Part shown: positions 41,697 to 55,980 of the stretch, piece by piece
How the letters are laid out: every line of letters starts with the position of its first letter
Numbering within the stretch: position 1 is the first letter of the stretch
DNA from: Eledone cirrhosa
Taxonomy: Eukaryota
Assembly: GCA_964016885.1 (NCBI GenBank)
Contig: OZ024740.1
Span: 159,030,001 to 159,094,000, forward strand
Direction: 5' to 3'
Length of the DNA stretch: 64,000 bases
Translations under genes and position numbers: made by a program
Notes under the pieces: generated by a model
Told to the model about the DNA's origin: nothing
The model's database searches: none
The model's input: the letters and a program-made list of their open reading frames with translations, nothing else

Positions 41697-41784
<88 letters not shown>

Positions 41785-42209
41785 TTTAATCTTTTATCAG
41801 AATTTCATTTATTTCATTATATCAAGTGCCCTCATGAAGCAAGAAAACTATCATAGTCCAAGAAAAAGATACATAATACCACTAATAGAATTTAATAAAA
41901 TGAAGAATAAAAGCCAAACATTTAAATGTCCTTGCTGTTAAATCTTATGGTTATTTGTATGATTTGAAAGGTCTTTGGAAATGAATTGTATCTTTAACAG
42001 TGTTAATCTTTTGAAGACTAAACTAATATTTTATCTCTCCCAATCAGATAATTTCTATATTGAAATATATATGATCTGTAAATTTTCTGAAGTAGTCTCT
42101 ACAATAACATAAAGGTAATTCCATATAGCCCCTTTGAGATTTGTGCAAAATTTAGAGGATTATGACTCGTACGAAGCCAACGAAAGTCTTTGTTTAATTG
42201 CTTACACAG

Positions 42210-42266
<57 letters not shown>

Positions 42267-42769
42267 CACACACACACGTATACATATATACATATATATA
42301 TATACATATATACATATATACATATATGCATATATATATACATATATACATATATACATACTTTTTTATGTATGTATGTATATATATATACATAAATGCA
42401 TATATATGTACACACACACATATGCACACACATATATATGCATAAGAATCATTTGTTAAGTAATATTCTAAACAGTATATTAATAATTTACTACAACACA
42501 GGCACATTGGACAAACCAAGAGAGATTGAAGATGATAAGTCAAAATTGTTGAGCAATGATGCTTCGTTTTATGTGTGTTTCACAAAGATGAATTCTCTAC
42601 GTCATTTAAAGACAACAGACCGATAAACCATGGGGTTCCCACGAAGTGCATTTGTCTTCAACCACCGGAATTATTGCTCTCAGCGCTGGTCAAACCAAAG
42701 TAACAGCAGAATATGGAGCAATCCAGCAGGTATACAGCATGAAAATTGTCACAATGAAATAGATAAGCT

Positions 42770-43200
42770 ATTGAGGGAAACTGAAAACTTAATTCTCTAC
42801 TCCCTGAAGCGATGACGAGAAATATACGGGGCATATATGGAATAACTCAAAAGGGCTAGCATCAAAGTTCGGCGCTGAGAACAGGATCACTCCCTGAACA
42901 GGACGCCACAGCGTAGTGCCACGGGTCCCACCCTTCGTATCTAGAGAAAGGAACAGAAAGCTTAGGGCTTAGACCTTTAATATGCTACCAAAAACATTTA
43001 GGAGATCTACATGCAGTAGTCGATGTTTTCAAGAAACATCTAGACATCCTGCTAAGATCTCGGGTGAGTCTGCAGCGAAACAGGAAGCACAAATAAAAGC
43101 TGCGGTGGAAAATTCCTCTCATTCATCAATGGCCACGCAAGGAAGGCTGGCTATAGAAAATGGAAGTGATCCAGCATGGCCTCAGCCCTAGGGGTGGAAT
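42770..43200 (+). mobile_element. Old CR1/L2-group LINE 3' fragment
   Basis: Broken translation LYSLKR*RE...FNMLPK..GDL...DVFKKHLD...AAVENSL resembles C-termini of CR1-group LINEs. Confidence 0.55.
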
Positions 43201-43216
43201 TAGTAAGAGAGTAAAG

Positions 43217-43280
<64 letters not shown>

Positions 43281-43281
43281 G

Positions 43282-43314
<33 letters not shown>

Positions 43315-43356
43315 TGTATGTATGTATGTATGTATGTATGTATGTATGTATGTATG

Positions 43357-46300
43357 TTCTTCTGGTTTTATAATTTCACAAAGTTTTACCAATAGAGAGA
43401 GAGTCGGTTTCTAACATAGACACAAGACTCTCTCATTGGAATTTACACAACATCAACTAGGTAGATATGTATGTATGCATGCATGTGTAGATATGGACGT
43501 TATTGTATGTATGGATGTGTATGTTTTGAGTTGTATGTGTGCATGTGTATATGCTTTGTATCTGTACATGTGTATATGCAGTTATCAGATACAACATTTT
43601 TGGAATGTTTTACATATTTTTACTGTTCCATTAAATTAATGGATTGTACTTGTAGTTTCCTAACTAGTTGTGTTCTTTCTGTGCCTGTGAAGCCTAGCTT
43701 CTCAAGATTTGTATTGAGGCAGTTACTAACATATCCCAGTGCCCCAATAAACACAGGCATAAATCTGAAGGTGTAATCAGGGTGGAGTATCTGCAGATTT
43801 CTCATCAGTTCTGCATAAATATTCTCCTTTTCACTAATCTTTGATATTATATTGGCATCTGCTGGGCAGCTAATTTCCACTACTGTGCATGTTTCCTTCT
43901 CCCTGTCCCATATCATAATATCTGGTCTGTTATGCCTGCATTTTATTGGGGTTTTTACTGGAACATTCCACCAGTACTCTTTCATATTATGTATATGGAT
44001 GTCTTCCACAATGTTGTAGCTTTTAATGTGTTTATTATCGGGGCTATCCTTTTTACGAACTGCATTGTACTGTGTTTTGGCCACTACATCATGCCTCAGA
44101 AGTAGATAGTGCGCGATGACATCTTTGGACAGCTGCTGATGACATGGGTGATATCCTCTATGTTAGTTCTGCAGAGTCTGCACTTGTTATCAGATCTAGG
44201 TGTTTTGCTTGCATCCCTATCTCTTTTGTGAATCAGGTATTTCGTGCTAATCTCCTGTTCTTGGATTGCAAAAGCGTATCCTTCAAAGTGGGAGCCAATA
44301 TAGCGGTTGTTGGTCCAAGATAGACTACTTTCCTTATCTATATTACTCTCACTCTGGAGCTTCCTGGCAACATATCCATGCATGATTTTTTGCTGATAGG
44401 CATGCAGTTTTTCATCCATGGATTCACTGCGATACTGCTGAGCGAAATCACTGGGTGTGAGTTTTTGATTATCACACAGGGAATATCTCTCAAGGAGTTC
44501 CTTCCCAACTCTCATGATCTTATCTGTTTCATGCAGATAGACTTGCTCGAGAAGCGGGCTCCTACGCTTCGATGTTCGTAGATGTTGTTGGAGAGATATG
44601 ATGCGACATTCAAATATTGTCTGGACTGATGTTAGGTCTCTGCCTCCATGCTTACGTTTCAAGAAAAGGCGGTCTATGTCACTGTTGATGTGGAAGTTTC
44701 CGGTGTTGTTAAGTATTTTTCGAGTTCCAACATCAACTGCTCGGAATTCGTCTATCGTCCAATTGAGTATTCCAAACGTTGGTGTTAGGACAGGCACAGC
44801 AAACACATTGTCAGCCACTGTTTTGTTTTGCGCAGAGAGTTCCGATGACCAGATCTTTCTTAATCGGGTGTAGCATTCCGTGGTTAAGCGTTCTTTATTA
44901 CAGATACCATTATAGGATATGTTCTCATCTATCCCCAGGTATCTGTAGCAGTCCTCATCAGATATCGGTGAAACAGTTAAGCCATTGATGACAATGTTAC
45001 TAGATTGGGTTGTTGATTTTCCCCGCTTTACAGTCATGTATGACCATTTATCTTGGCCAAATTCCATTCCTATATCCTTTGAGAACGTTGTAACCAGGTC
45101 AAGATTTTTCTTCATCCCATCCATGTTCTTGGCATAGAGTTTCAGATCGTAAACAAAGAAGTTATGGGTTTGGTTCGTATTTCTGTCCTCCTGTGAGCCA
45201 ATGATGTAACCCACACATTTCTTGAGCAGAAAGGACAAGGGGTTTAATGACAAGATGAACAATATCACAGACAGACTGTCCCCCTGAAATATACCCCTGC
45301 AATATTTTATTTTATCAGTGAAAATAGAGTCCTCCTTCTCTGTCTTTAACCTTAGGATAGTAGCCCACGAAGAAGACAGCCTCTCTATGGCTCTGACAAT
45401 AATGTCTAGGACTTTAGCAAGTTGAAGGGCCTCTATCATCCAAGAGTGGGGAACAGAATCGAAAGCTTTCCTGTAGTCCAGCCAGGCTGTAATCATATTT
45501 TTCCTAAGTTGTCGCACCTCCGACATCGCAGTTTTGTTGATTACGAGTTGTTCAGCATATCCCCAAACACTTTTCTTTCCAGTTGCTTGTTCATCTGTGA
45601 TGATGTTATTATTTTCACAGTGATGTTGGAGGAATAGGTTCAGGCAGGCTGTATACATCTTATACATCAGGTTCTGGCATGCAATGGGTCGGTAGTTTTT
45701 TGCCAAGTGGGTGTCTTTGTTCTTGGGGACCAGTAATGTTTGTGCTAATATCAACCATTCTGGTATAAGTGTATCTCCCTTAAGAACTTGTTGGTAGAGG
45801 TCAGTAAGATACCTCCTATATTTCGAGCAATAGCTTTAGGAGCAATAGTTCTTTCGGATTTCTCTTAGCCACACTGCATCTTGGTTGAAATTCTTCTTTT
45901 CACCCCATATTTTTCTCCAAAAGGAATCTATGTCTTTCTGGGATGGGGCCTCAGTGACACTTATTATTTTGCCCTTCATATCTCTATAGACTGATGTTTG
46001 GTTTCGTCTGAATCTTTTATTAAGCATTTTTCTCTCATCTACCTTCTTCAGGTATCGGTGTTTTTCGCTAACAGCTCTCAATTCTTGTTTGAGGGTGATC
46101 AGCTTATATTGGAGAGTTCTGGTTCTACTGTTACCAAACATCGTCTCTATTTTATTTTTCATTCTTTGTTGGTGAGGAGTGAGGTTCTTTTGTGTTTGTT
46201 TGCATGTAAGGAGCATTGTCACATGTCCTATATCTTTTCGCAGGTCAGCAATCTTTTTTTCTATTTTAGTTATATATGATGGTATTTTTGGTGGTGTTTT

Positions 46301-47326
46301 GTTCTTGTTAATATCTCTGCTATCACCAAGATAATGCTTCACTGTCATTGCTAAGGCACATAAACAGGCGTTGATTTGCCAAAATGTTGGTGTTTTTATC
46401 CGTCGTAAATATTCATCCCCTATTTCGTCAATAAGACGTAGTATTTCATTATTTGGTTTTTTATTCACCATTGTCATTTTAACACGTTCAGCAAGAGAGA
46501 TATTTATACATGAGTTAATTTCTCTCTGGAAGATTTCGTTGAGGGAAATTTTCAATTGTTTATACTTTTGATTTTCATTATCGATCACAACAGTCTAGGT
46601 AGACTCGGATGGTTAACGTGGTGTCAAATTTCTTCGATTATTATTATTATTTCTTCGATTATTATTATTATCGTCAGTGTTTTCCCCAGCATTCGAGGTA
46701 GACTTATATGGTACAGATGGTGTCAAGTTTCTTACAGGCATAGTTGCTTCAAGGCGCTGTTCGACCTGGCTGCTAGCAAGTCTAGTAGCATGGCGACCTG
46801 TAGCACGTGTTGTTGATTCCATGTTTGTTGTGGGGGACTTACAATTAATAATATTTATCTTATGTTTACGTTCAACAAACGTCGCTTGTTGGCGTAATTG
46901 TTTCGCTGTGAAATAATTTAGCTCTGGGTGCAGAGGGATTGTTTTTTGCCATTTTATAACAATTAAATCATTATTAAGTTCGCAACTCCAAGAGAAATGC
47001 GATCTATAATTTCGGTTTCTTCTGTAGCTACAACTGAATAAAGTTTGATTACCTTCTTCGTTATTTGTCTTCGATACTTCCTTAATTTTTTTTGTTGATG
47101 TTGTGTTCAACCATGCTGTTTGTAGCAAATCCTTGTAAAATGAATTATGTATTTACTCGGATATCTCTACGAATTCGAATAAAAGGTGTCTTCAGAAGGG
47201 ATAGTTAGAAGAATAACTAGTTATTCAACCTGGCCGTAGTTGTGGCATTACTGTCGGAGATAGTATTCATCTTAAATTAATAAATAGTCTCCCACGCCAA
47301 AATATGCGACTGATCGCGTTGACTGT
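43357..47326 (-). mobile_element. Near full-length R4/Dong-clade LINE, second copy, disrupted
   Basis: 552-aa RT/CCHC ORF at 44096-45754 and RLE at 43620-44084. 5' and 3' ends match 16128-20169. (TATG)n on both sides. Confidence 0.95.
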
Positions 47327-47482
47327 TATGTATGTATGTATGTTATGTATGTTATGTATGTTATGTATGTATGTATGTATGTAAGTATGTATGTATGTAT
47401 GTATGTATGTATGTATGTATGTATGTATGTATGTATGTATGTATGTATGTATGTATGTCTGTATGTATGTATGTATATATAT

Positions 47483-49340
47483 GTCAGGTCACCAGTTGGT
47501 GCTACTGGTAACATGTATCCCAGTACAACCTGTCCCATGGTCGGGTCGTTGGCGACTAAACTGGCAACCCCACCAAAGTTTCCTGGTGAGGAGGGTGACT
47601 TTGGACATCCTGCAGGACTAAAAACAAAACCTGTCAAAGGGCAAAGGAGCTCTTAAGAGTCAATGGCCATCCAAAATCACCGGGAGAGATGACCCCTTAG
47701 CCTTTGTCAAGATAGAATTCTAGGAGAAGGAAAACTCTGATATAACACCTGCAACTCTATGATATCCAATGATGTTGACTTGTTCTTCTTTTTGGTAAAT
47801 ATCATCTTGGTTGAGAGAGTGGGACTGGCTTTGTGCAGTGCCTTTGCTCACTATAAAAGCTTCACGGCACAGGCATTGCTTTATATCTGGAGATCTCTCT
47901 GCACTTGTTGTCAAATGGTACCATGGGCCCAGCACTATGTGTCAATAATTGTCACAAGTGTAGTGTTTGTACCAGCGTTTTCAAGTCGCTGGCTGGACTA
48001 AAAAGTCACACTCGTTCAGCGCATCGGTAGGGTTCTCCTACACAGATATAAAGTAGTGGCCGTACTCGAAAACGAGTTGGCAGCCACCATGTATGTATGT
48101 ATGTATGAGTATATGTATGCATGTATATATGTATGTATGTATGTATGTCAGGTCACCAGTTGTGTGTCAGGTCACCAGTTGGTGCTACTGGTAACATGTA
48201 TCCCAGTACAACCTGTCTCATGGTCGGGTCGTTGGCGACTAAACTGGCAACCCCGCCAAGGTTTCTTGGTGAGGAGGGTGACTTTGGACATCCTGCAGGA
48301 CTAAAAACAAAACCTGTCAAAGGGCAAAGGAGCTCTTAAGAGTCAAATGGCCATCCAAAATCACCGGGAGAGATGACCCCTTAGCCTTTGTCAAGGCAGA
48401 ATTCTAGGAGAAGGAAAACTCTGATATAACACCTGCGACCCTGATGGTATCCAATGATGTTGACTTGTTCTTCTTTTTGGTAAATATCATCTTGGTTAAG
48501 AGAGTGGGACTGGCTTTGTGCAGTGCCTTTGCTCACTATAAAAGCTTCACAGCACAGGCATTGCTTAATATCTGGAGATCTCTCTGCACTTGTCATCACA
48601 TGGTACCATGGGCCCAGCACTATGTGTCAATAATTGTCACAAGTGTAGTGTTTGTACCAGAGTTTTCAAGTCGCTGGCTGGACTAAAAAGTCACAGTCGT
48701 TCGGCGCATCAGTAGGGGTTCTCCTACATGGATATAAAGTAGTGGCCGTACTCGAAAACGAGTTGGCAGCCACCATGTATGTATGTACATGTATGTATGT
48801 ACAAAAGGCAAAGGAGCTCTTAAGAGTCAAATGGCCATCCAAAATCACCATGAGAGATGACCCCTTAGCCTTTGTCAAGGCAGAATTCTAGGAGAAGGAA
48901 AACTCTGATACAACACCTGCAACCCTGATGGTATCCAATGATGTTGACTTGTTCTTCTTTTTGGTAAATATCATCTTGGTTAAGAGAGTGGGACTGGCTT
49001 TGTGCAGTGCCTTTGCTCACTATAAAAGCTTCACAGCACAGGCATTGCTTTATATCTGGAGATCTCTCTGCACTTGTCATCACATGGTACCATGGGCCCA
49101 GCACTATGTGTCAATAGTTGTCACAAGTGTAGTGTTTGTACCAGAGTTTTCAAGTCACTGGCTGGACTAAAAAGTCACACTCGTTCAGCGCATCGGTAGG
49201 GGTTCTCCTACATGGATATAAAGTGGGAGCCGTACTCGAAAACGAGTTGGCAGCCACCATGTATGTATGTATGTATGTATGTATGTATGTATGTATGTAT
49301 GTATGTATGTATGTATGTATGTATGCATCTATGTATGTGT

Positions 49341-49374
<34 letters not shown>

Positions 49375-49719
49375 TTGTAGAGCGAGAGACTCCTAATCTT
49401 CATTAAGACATCACTCTGGGAGAAAGTCACTCTGATATTAAACCTGTTACTTCGTTTGTTGCATCTAATGACGTAGACCAGTTCTACTTTTTGGGTAAAT
49501 GCATTCGATGTTCAGAGAGTGGGATTGGCCCCGTGCAATGCCTTTCCTTACTTAAAAAAACTTAAAGCCCAGGCATCGCTTGACATGTAACACTTTTTGC
49601 GATGCATGGCATGGCTGGTCATAGGCAAATCCTTAGCAGGATTAAAAAGCCACATCCATGATGCTCATGCTTAAGTATCAAGCGATGGAATTACTCGAAA
49701 TCAAGTTGCACCCATCATA
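47483..49719 (+). mobile_element. Tandem array of non-coding ~610-bp elements with (TATG)n tails: 47483-48090, 48147-48776, 48803-49260 (5'-truncated), ~49381-49719 (diverged)
   Basis: The units are highly similar and share the 3' end CTCGAAAACGAGTTGGCAGCCACCAT(GTAT)n with variable 5' truncation. They contain TAGGAGAAGGAAAACTCTGA, a motif I recall from RTE-clade 5' UTRs. Confidence 0.8.
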
Positions 49720-49747
49720 TATATATATATATATATACATACAAACT

Positions 49748-49786
<39 letters not shown>

Positions 49787-50623
49787 ACTTATATGTGTGT
49801 ACATTTGTAGAATATACGTGTGTATGTTTATCATAATAGATAATATTGATTTGTTGTATTATATAAAATATTTTCTTTGACAAATACATAAAAATATATA
49901 AATGTATTGTTGGTAGAGATGTCGCCTATTGAATAGATGTCTTGATTCAATGCTTACAAAGAGACTCAAATAGAACAACACTCAGTCTTATTAATAAAGA
50001 TTGTTAAGAACATTTGTGTATCATAACAAATTGCGGAAATATGTAAAATAGCCGTCTCATTTGATTCATATTTATGTCTAGTCTCGACAGCCTTGCTTAA
50101 ACTAATTTCGATTGCGAGGAGATACATAAAAACACAACGAAGGAGTTTGTATATTGTGGCTCGACCTGTTCAAAATAGCAAACAAACCTCCTTAAAATTA
50201 CACTCTTGAGCCCATAACTCCTGATAGGGTAGTAGTGCCGTTGTACCGACCGAGCGTTTTGATCATTTTAAACCTGTTTGGAACTTATCCCTCTCCAGGT
50301 CGGCATACTGCTGATTTCTTCAAGAGAGAGAGAGAGAACAAACTCTAATACTGGATTGGTACTTTATTTATCGACCTCGAATTTGAACTCAGATCGCAAT
50401 GCTAAGGCATTTTTAACCCGACCCCATAACGATTCAGCCAATTCACTGCCTTAAACTTGTTCTACAGCCTTAAAAAATGGTACATTAGTTGATTTAGTCC
50501 TTAATATATATATTAAAGTGTAGAACAAAATGTTTTGCGCTCCATGATTCGGTTGTCTACACACTCAATTCAAATCATCTCTAAGTCAACTTTGCTTTTC
50601 ATACTTTCAGGTTTGCTAAAGCA

Positions 50624-50776
50624 TCAGGATGACATCAAATCGTCCCTGGATTCCATTGGTGGAGTCCACTCTGTTGCAAGCATTTGTCTCAGGTCCCCAG
50701 TTTGGTATAGTTCGCTCTCTACTTCCCTCTCAATATTCTCGGTGGCCCTGAAGAAGGTTTTGGATAGTCTTTCCGG
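50624..50776 (-). CDS. Candidate terminal coding exon of an unidentified host gene
   Basis: A strong polypyrimidine tract and AG (TTTTTTCTTTTTAG|CCG) precede an open frame PERLSKTFFRATENIEREVESELYQTGDLRQMLATEWTPPMESRDDLMSS*. GC-richer, non-repetitive sequence. Confidence 0.5.
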   Translation of the reverse strand, partial: PERLSKTFFRATENIEREVESELYQTGDLRQMLATEWTPPMESRDDLMSS

Positions 50777-52400
50777 CTAAAAAGAAAAAATACAAAAAAA
50801 AAAAAAATATGGGCTGATCACGACTTGAATGCTTATGATCACAGATCTACACGATCAAGCCTGAATGAATGCTAAACAACATCAACAACAATTCAGATGA
50901 CACCCCGCAATTAATTTAATAGCGTCTAGTATCTGATTCACCTCTTTACCATTTGTAACGCCTGCACGATAATAAGCCCTTACTTGGTCGTTCGACATAC
51001 TAGAAATAGTAGTCAAATCTCTTTCAAAAGTACACTCTACCGGCTAAAAATGGAAATTACATTAGATAATATAGTCTTAGACATAGAAATAGATAGTTTA
51101 TTTCTATCAAAGGAAAGCCACATAATGTGATCGAGAGACATAGGATGATATTAAGCAGATAACGTAACGATATTCTGGAAGTGTTTGAGCCCATTTATTT
51201 TCATAATGATAAAAGCTTGATAACATTATCATTATCCGTGTTTGTAATAAATGGCTTATGCTCTCTTGTTTTAAGGAAAATAAGCGTTAATACTTAGACG
51301 TAACTAACAAGAGCGGCGTGAAGTAGTCGTTTTATGACTGTAGCTAAAATGACATATGTCAGAGGAGAAAAGGTAGTGACTATGACCTCTTGTTGGAGTC
51401 ACCGTGACTGGTTGGGTGACGGAAGAAAGACATTATGGCTATCGCAACATGTGATATTCTTGTCTCAATGCGTGTGGTTCCCCCTAAAGGTGTTTAAAGG
51501 TCATGTGGTGATAGTGTTAATCCGGACGACAGATTAAGTCTAATACCCAGTATGCTTGCAATAGGGGGAACTCTGTTAAAGTAATCTAAAATTTATTTGT
51601 TGGTGTTGTTCAATCAGACGTTGAATTAAATCTACCACTCAAACACAGTCATTCTATGGACACTCAAACGGTTTCTGCGTACATAATTGTACGGATTGAT
51701 ATTATTCTTTAGCAACGTAGAATTAGAAGGTACGATGAAAAACTTTCTGAGTTATGGTTTAGCCAATATTTTGAGAATTGCGTCAGCATAATCGTGATCT
51801 ACAGATTAGAAAACGTATTTCTGCAAACTGTCATGAAAAATATGCATTATTAAGCAAGTTCTGAGGAAACAATTCGGTGGTAGCGGAATAGGATGTAGTT
51901 ATGAATTTCAAGGCTCTTTAAAGTAGCCAACATGTTCAAAACATCTAAATCAATCGCTGAAAATGATTTCCAAAAAGGTTACAAAAATAATGGATCGAAT
52001 GAGTTGCCAATACCTCAAGGCGGCCGGAATATTTGTAGAAAAATTGTTTTGATAAATAGAAATAATCCTACAATGACTAGATGTTGAGTAATCGTGGATA
52101 TGTTAAATTCTTAAGTTCTATTTCAATTGTACGCTTAGCAAATTTTGTAAATTGATAATCTTGAGACGAGGTAACATTGATGTGCTACAGTCGCCACTGG
52201 TACATACACATATATCAAGTTAACGTTATATCATGTGCTTTCTTAGTGTTGACAAAAGCGGCTCTATATATTATGCAACATTAATGAACTTCCACCCTCT
52301 CGTTCTTTCATATAGCAAACATACAGTATAAATATTTATTTCACCAATCTTACTAACAATAAGGGCAACAATGAATAAACATTAATATTTACTACTACGA

Positions 52401-52588
52401 GGGCGGTGGATTGGCAGTATCGGTAGAGGGTCGGACGCCATGCTTTCCAGCATAGTTACGTCCCTTTACGATCTGAGTTCAAATCCCGCCGAGGTTGACT
52501 TTGCCTTTCATCCTTACGGAGTCGATAAAATAAAGTACCAGTAATGCACTGGGTAATTGCTGACCTTGTGCCTAAAGTAGAAACAATT
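52401..52588 (+). mobile_element. SINE family 1
   Basis: Full head, B-box, central domain and tail. Flanked by a repeated ATTAATATTTACTACT (probable TSD). Confidence 0.9.
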
Positions 52589-53335
52589 AATATTTACTAC
52601 TGGTATGATAAAAATATCATTAAACATGAAACGACAACAACAATGACAACTAAATGGATATTATATATAAGTAAAGACAGATCAAGTAAACTAAAAACTA
52701 AACTAAATACATTAATTCATTGTTATATATTCACCTCTTCGGAAGTTTGTAGCTTTGCTAAGGCTTTCGAAATAAATTGTACTTGTTTTGAAAGATATTT
52801 GACCGTGCTTTGAAATATGGTGGTAGAGTCATTTTAGTTATTTGAATATTGCAGTGCAACTTTAGCTTACGGTAATCTACAGTAATAACCGTTTCCTACG
52901 CAGTATAACGACTCTACAAAGACACCATATGATGCCAGGACTTTGTGATATTTCATAACGCGAATTTATTCCCTGTGATTACGCTTTTTATTCACACTTT
53001 TTGACCTAAGGCTTCTGAACTGTCTATATAAAGTCTACCAACAAATAGGTTATAGATGAATGGTGTTTTCTTTGCTTATGGTAGTCTAAATGCCATGGGT
53101 TATCGTCACCTTACGTAAGCCACCCAAAACACTATGTGGATCCAGCGAAGGAACACACACACACAAGCTATCGAACGATTATGATAGGATCCCAAAATAA
53201 AGATTTGAAAGAAAATGAAGGAACTTATATTTTTGTAGTAAAGGTAAAGGTAGACCGCGAACTGAACTGTAAATGTGCAGATGGATCGTAAGGTTAAATG
53301 TAAATGAGCAGGTAGACTGTACGTTAATGTGGCAC

Positions 53336-53443
<108 letters not shown>

Positions 53444-54811
53444 TGTATTCATTCTTCATTTATTTTGTGGTAATAACATTCTTCGACGTTCCTAGTCTCT
53501 AATACTTTTCCAAATTCTCTTCACATCCTTTCCTTAAGGAAGATACGATATTTGTTTAGAGAGAGTATGTGCATATGTGTGAGTAAATGATAAGATGTAT
53601 GCGTGTATGTCTGTGTATACTAGCTGTAATATGAAGTGTTACAGATATATAGTATTGATATTTTAACTTGAGTCAACTCTGATTGAACAGATTTCCGATG
53701 AAAAGCAATTTTAACCCTTTTGATACCAAACCATTTAAAACGTTCTCTAGTTCTACGATCTAAAAGTTTATTTTAAAGTGTTTATATTTCTTAAAAACGT
53801 TCTGTCATACCCTTACGTAAGAATGTGTGTTTTGTTCCAAACACCATCTAGATAATACGTATTTGTAAATCTAAACTATAATAAAGTAAGAAGCGTGGGA
53901 CTGCGTACGGTTTTATAATTGTTTATCCCCTTAGTAAAATAAGTTGGATTACTTTGAATAAATAATGAATGAATATTACATAATGTATCTACTAAATTTC
54001 GAGGCTGTTCATTAAATATATTTTATTGTTTATTTAAAGATCCTAGCTAGGGCTAGATCGTATAACGGAAATAAAAGACCATGTGACCTCTGCGCCGCTG
54101 AGGCCCTGGAAATACTCTACGCTACAGACCACATCTTAAACAAAAAATCTGAGGCAATTTCGGCTTGTAAACATAAATTGCACAAAACTTTCCTGTATTA
54201 CAGCCCCACGTTATACCCTAACGGATAGTACGATCTATACGTGGATATTTTACGTCTTGATGTGGGAGCTAAGTATATGTTTTGCTTATTCCTTTACTTA
54301 TTTGCATAGGTAAGTATATATTACCCGTATGTTTTGTGAAGGTATGTATACCTTCTCGTACGTATATTTGACTGTTATAGCGTATAATTTTTACATATTC
54401 TGGTATCTAGGGTTTGGCTATGTGTATACGGGAGTTTTGCGTCCGCGTGAGTGTGCAGGTTCGTACGTATGGTGGGTGTGTGTATATGTGTACTTCTTGT
54501 TTTAGTTGACTTACGTCTCTGAACATTCGTGTATTTATATGTAAGTATGCGTGTGCGCTTGTTATAAACGTATTTATTTACTTATATACGTTTATATAAT
54601 TATTTATTTATTTGTACACAAGCATACACACACACACATATTTATATGTGCGTGGTTTTGTATACCCATGGTAAGGTTTTGCGTATGCTTGTGTATGTAC
54701 GTATCTGTTTGCGTGTATGTATTTATTTGTTTCTATTACCTCTGTATTGTATTTATTTACTTTGTTCTTAACTCTGTAGCGGAGATTCATTTGGTCTCCT
54801 AGTTAGAATTT

Positions 54812-55070
54812 TAGTCTACGATTTCTGCTATACCATTTACGTGGTTTTGTCTTTGCGTGCTATTGTTCTCCACGCTCCACATATGACTTATTATCTTCGG
54901 TTTTTCGTTCATTGCCAGAGAACGTCTCTATGCACCACCTAAGAGAACATTAGTCTACGACCTCTTTTATACCATAAACGTGGTTCTGTCTTTGCGCGTA
55001 ATTGGTTTTCACCGCTCCTATTAATGACGTATTATTCGTTTTTTCCCGTTCTTTGCCAGCGAACGTTACC
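54812..55070. repeat. Diverged ~140-bp tandem duplication
   Basis: TAGTCTACGA...ACGTGGTT.TGTCTTTGCG...TTGCCAG.GAACGT occurs twice. Confidence 0.8.
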
Positions 55071-55156
55071 ACGAACCAAAGTATCTTCTTCCTGTCTTCC
55101 TCCGGTTGCAACGTTTTTTGAAATATCCAGTTCTGCGTTTATAGATTGACTTTGTT

Positions 55157-55207
55157 AGTTTCAGAAGATCCCGTTAAGGGTGAAAGCAGCGATTCTTTGC
55201 TTAAACT
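55157..55207 (+). ncRNA. Variant hammerhead (CAGAAGA core)
   Basis: AGTTT-CAGAAGA-tCCC-gttaa-GGGt-GAAA-GCA-gcgattctt-TGC-TT-AAACT. A second copy lies on the minus strand at ~22989-23031. Confidence 0.62.
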
Positions 55208-55313
55208 TTAATCTGTTATTTTAATAAATATTTGCTCTACGGTTCTTATATATTTGATATATATTTTCCTTATCGAGCCCTCTTTGGATTTTAGTCTTCA
55301 ATTTTATTATTAT

Positions 55314-55378
<65 letters not shown>

Positions 55379-55980
55379 GATATGTTGATAATAAAACGGT
55401 GTATATATTACATTATTGTTGAGTCAACATTTCACACACACTTGTGTTTTGTAAGCAGCCTTTCAGATCTGTCAATTTTCGTTGATTTGTCAAGTCAAAA
55501 CTACATGCAATATTCTGGAGCTTTGTAACGCTGAGTTTTAATGTTTAGTCTAATCTAAAACGTCACCCGATCACGTTGTGTTAAAAATTAACTGTAACTT
55601 CTTTACTGGAATACTCAGGTTTTTAGCATAATGGTTTTCTATATATTTTTTCTTTCATTATGTTATTTATTCTCTTGCTTCCTTTCTATCTTTGTCTTAA
55701 TATGTTCAACTTTTCTAACATCGTTTCAATAAATATAATTTTTATAGTTCGCAAATCCTAATTTCTCTACAAAACCGTTAAAAAAAATTGAATAGGCTCC
55801 TTTGCCGGTTCCGGTAAAATAGAAAAACATGCTTTAAAGCTTATTTTTACCGGTCCCCAGGAAATATATATAGTGTTAGTGTTGGGTTTGGGCTTAAATT
55901 GCATTAGTAATTGGTGGTGAAAATAAATAAACTTGTGTGTTAAATCTGTGTTGTTATTTAAAAAATTACCTACTTTCATA

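Noticed and set aside
47483-49260. 80-aa ORFs (M.SNDVDLFFF...) repeated in each tandem unit; CRISPR-like or satellite interpretation
   Set aside because: The frame is not kept in the diverged relatives (15613-16012, 49381-49719), no domain is recognisable, and the units are long with microsatellite spacers rather than repeat-spacer arrays.
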